The notes beneath the pieces are model-generated. The model worked only from the letters and a program-made list of their open reading frames with translations. It searched no databases and was not told where the DNA came from. A stretch of DNA of 64,000 nt from Opitutales bacterium (GTDB lineage Bacteria > Verrucomicrobiota > Verrucomicrobiia > Opitutales > PNEW01). Position numbers and translations under genes: made by a program. The stretch is taken from contig CBDANS010000007.1 of assembly GCA_965197745.1 (NCBI GenBank), forward strand, positions 576,001 to 640,000, written 5' to 3'. Shown here in pieces: positions 61,494 to 64,000 of the stretch. Within the stretch, counting starts at the first letter, position 1; every line of letters starts with the position of its first letter.

Positions 61494-62405
61494 TCAAGTA
61501 ATGCGTTGGCTGTCTTTTATATCAAAGGTAGGATTTTCGAGCGCTAATTGCTGATGATAGATTGAACTCGGTTTGTCTTCCCCGGGAACAGGAAAACGGA
61601 CGGGAACTTCGGCTACCCGCGGCTCGATGTTAATATCGCCCCGGATAAATTCTTCCTTAAACTGCTCCGTTCGATCATTTGCATTAGGTTTACCAAGGGT
61701 AATGAGCGGCCATGCGTCTAACGCACAGTATTGAGCGAGGAGAAGCCTGCGCGGGCGATTAGAGCTGTTAATGGATGAACCGTGAAGCGTGCGGACGTGA
61801 TGGATGGATATGCCACCGGCTTTCAGTTCAATCGGTACTGCACCCTCAGGTTTAAAATTGGGATCGGTTACTGCTCCGATAAATTTTCCGTTCTGATGAT
61901 GACTGTATATTTTACCTTTATGTGAACCGGGAATTACCATGAGACAACCATTTTCAGTGGTCATGTCGTCGATGGCGACGCCTACGGCAAGGAGGTCTTC
62001 ATTAGTGTGAGGATAAAAGGCCCAGTCCTGGTGCCATTGCACCGGGCTGCCTAGTTTATCCAATTTCATATTTAATTTATGCCCGTTACAGCGAAGATCA
62101 TAACCGATTAATTGTGATACGATATTAAGTATCAACTCGTGACGACGTGTGGCTTCATAAACTGGATGGTGTTTAAAAGGATTTTTAACGCGCCTGAGCT
62201 GAGGATTTTTCGAAGTGTGTTCAGGCTCCAAGTCGAAAACATCGTCCGATTCCGTAACGGCACGTGATTTCTCTACCAATTCGTCTGTCACCCGGCGAAG
62301 ATCGTTAACCTCCTTTTCAGTCAAGACTCCTTCGATACCCAAATATCCCTGGGTATTATAAAATTCTACTTGTTCTTCGGTTAGTGTGAGTTCGTCTATA
62401 AGCAT
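61494..62405 (-). CDS. PhyH-family dioxygenase
   Basis: LTEEQVEFY..QGY, WHQDWAFYPH, ENGCLMVIPGSHK, AGG...HH..TLHGS..N.S.RPRR. Confidence 0.92.
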   Translation of the reverse strand: MLIDELTLTEEQVEFYNTQGYLGIEGVLTEKEVNDLRRVTDELVEKSRAVTESDDVFDLEPEHTSKNPQLRRVKNPFKHHPVYEATRRHELILNIVSQLIGYDLRCNGHKLNMKLDKLGSPVQWHQDWAFYPHTNEDLLAVGVAIDDMTTENGCLMVIPGSHKGKIYSHHQNGKFIGAVTDPNFKPEGAVPIELKAGGISIHHVRTLHGSSINSSNRPRRLLLAQYCALDAWPLITLGKPNANDRTEQFKEEFIRGDINIEPRVAEVPVRFPVPGEDKPSSIYHQQLALENPTFDIKDSQRIT

Positions 62406-62576
62406 GATAGAACCTTTGTCTGTTTAATAATGTATAATACAGAATAATAATTAAATAACCAACAAGGAGATAATATAGCTGTTACTCTGTGGCTGGCGAT
62501 AAGTCATTTTGAAGGTATTTTCGCGATTGTGAAGTTTATTTTTCACAAATGATTATTTATGTGTAATGCTCGTAAA

Positions 62577-63617
62577 ATGATACTGGGCATTGAAAGTTCC
62601 TGTGATGAATCTGCTTTAGCTCTATTTGATGAGAGAAACGGTCTCATCGGAGAATGGGTCCATTCCCAGATTGCTCTCCATGGAGAGTACGGGGGTATAG
62701 TTCCCGATTTAGCCAGTAGGGAACATTTAGATAATTTCCCCCATTTACTGGAAAAAATGCAATCATCACTCGATGGAAACAAAGTTGAAAGCATTGCCGT
62801 GACTTGTGGACCGGGACTTGCCGGTTGCCTGGCCCTGGGATTAGCGCTTGCTAAAAGCCTGGCCGTGGCGTGGAAGATCCCTGTAGTTGGAATCAATCAT
62901 TTGCGGGGACATGTTTTTTCTCCCTTTATTGCATTGCACCGTGACGATCCATTTAATTTCGATAAAAATCTACAGCAGCACTTACCCCATCTCGGTCTTA
63001 TTGTTTCGGGGGGTAATACCTTGCTCTTCAGATTGAATGAAGATCGTTCAATAAATGTGCTCGCCCAGACTATGGATGACGCTGCGGGGGAAGCCCTTGA
63101 TAAGGGCGCTAAACTGATGGGTATGAAATATCCGGGAGGCCCTCTAATCGAAGAACGCGCCAGGCAGGGTGATAAAAATGCTTTTGATTTCCCCAAAGCC
63201 TATTTCGATAGCGCTGAGCTGAAATTCAGTTTTTCCGGTTTGAAAACAAGCTTACGCTATCGCCTGGAAAAAATGACGGACTCCGAATTTGAAGCTTCAA
63301 GGGACGATATCTGTGCCAGTTACCAGGAAGCGGTCATCCAGGCTCTGGCTCGTAAAACTTACCAGGCGATAGAGAGTCAATCGTTTGCCAGTTTAGGACT
63401 TTCCGGCGGAGTCGCTAACAATAAATATTTACGCGCTGTTTTTTCGCGTATGGGTGATAGGAAAAGCATTCCCTTGTTTATCGCCGATCCATCCCACACC
63501 GGTGATAATGCTGCGATGATCGCTTTTGCTGCTTATGCCGATCCGTCCGGTACTTTGTCCGCGTCCCATCTGAACCTCCCTCTTTATGCATCAATGCCTT
63601 TGGGTTCTGACCCTTAA
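62577..63617 (+). CDS. tsaD: tRNA N6-adenosine threonylcarbamoyltransferase
   Basis: ILGIESSCDE, YGGIVPDLASREH, GPGL, NHLRGH, VSGG, DDAAGEA.DK, FSFSGLKT, GGVANN, DNAAMIA. Confidence 0.95.
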   Translation: MILGIESSCDESALALFDERNGLIGEWVHSQIALHGEYGGIVPDLASREHLDNFPHLLEKMQSSLDGNKVESIAVTCGPGLAGCLALGLALAKSLAVAWKIPVVGINHLRGHVFSPFIALHRDDPFNFDKNLQQHLPHLGLIVSGGNTLLFRLNEDRSINVLAQTMDDAAGEALDKGAKLMGMKYPGGPLIEERARQGDKNAFDFPKAYFDSAELKFSFSGLKTSLRYRLEKMTDSEFEASRDDICASYQEAVIQALARKTYQAIESQSFASLGLSGGVANNKYLRAVFSRMGDRKSIPLFIADPSHTGDNAAMIAFAAYADPSGTLSASHLNLPLYASMPLGSDP

Positions 63618-63695
63618 CCTCCAATCGAGGGGTGTGAATGAAGTAGTAATGACGCTTCTTCCATGGATTATTTATAGATGATCATACATCCCTGC

Positions 63696-63857
63696 GGCCA
63701 CGACAACGCGTGGCCCTCCCGAAGAGGTTAATTGTGGGGAGGGCCACGCGTTGTCGTAGCCGATCCGGGTGAGAGTTAAAACATGGAGGGCCACGCATCG
63801 TCGTGGCCGGTTACGGAAGAGTTTAATACATCGAGGACCACAGAGTCGTCGTGGCTG
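63696..63857. repeat. Cluster of four GGAGGGCCACG-family REP-like copies (BIME-like)
   Basis: Copies at 63696-63719 (reverse), 63738-63762, 63785-63809, and a degenerate one at 63833-63857. Confidence 0.85.
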
Positions 63858-64000
63858 TTTAGAAGCATGAGCGGACCCTGTTTTCCCCTCGTTGAGTTGA
63901 CCTTAAGACGATTCATATTATCCCGGTCTTCGTCTTTATTCCGATTGTAATTAATTATGGTGATTCAATTTTCCGGATGATGAGATGGGAAAAAATATCA

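Overview
Bacterial chromosomal window, probably Verrucomicrobiota (Opitutales-like). That placement is inferred from the PEP-CTERM/passenger-strand surface protein, the prepilin-like protein and the style of the housekeeping genes. Core genes are glnE-like, cysK, dtd, uppP, trpD, glmM, mlaEFDC, tsaD, tRNA-Leu(TAG) and tRNA-Ser(CGA). They are interleaved with many catabolic genes: six PhyH-family dioxygenases, TauD, enolase-superfamily, RraA, RidA, cyclase, SDRs, M20/M24/M81 peptidases and a VOC fusion. There are two IS elements: a decayed IS3, and an intact IS1595 with a passenger gene that splits a PhyH gene. Several genes are broken. Most notable: (1) a stand-alone bacterial histone-fold gene (9992-10189). 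(2) The tRNA-Ser locus, preceded by three 127-bp tandem units that each contain a modified tRNA 5' half. It is followed by a 537-bp integrase-less mini-element (25-bp tRNA 3' direct repeats, inverted heptamer arms, antisense four-helix-bundle/IVP gene) and then a decayed gene-less sister unit. (3) Families of 25-45 bp hairpin micro-insertions inside the IS3 transposase, the tRNA-like repeats and other repeats; three sit at (T/C)GAAT. (4) A PhyH-like enzyme with a halogenase-type HxG iron motif. All calls are from visual motif recognition; no searches were run.
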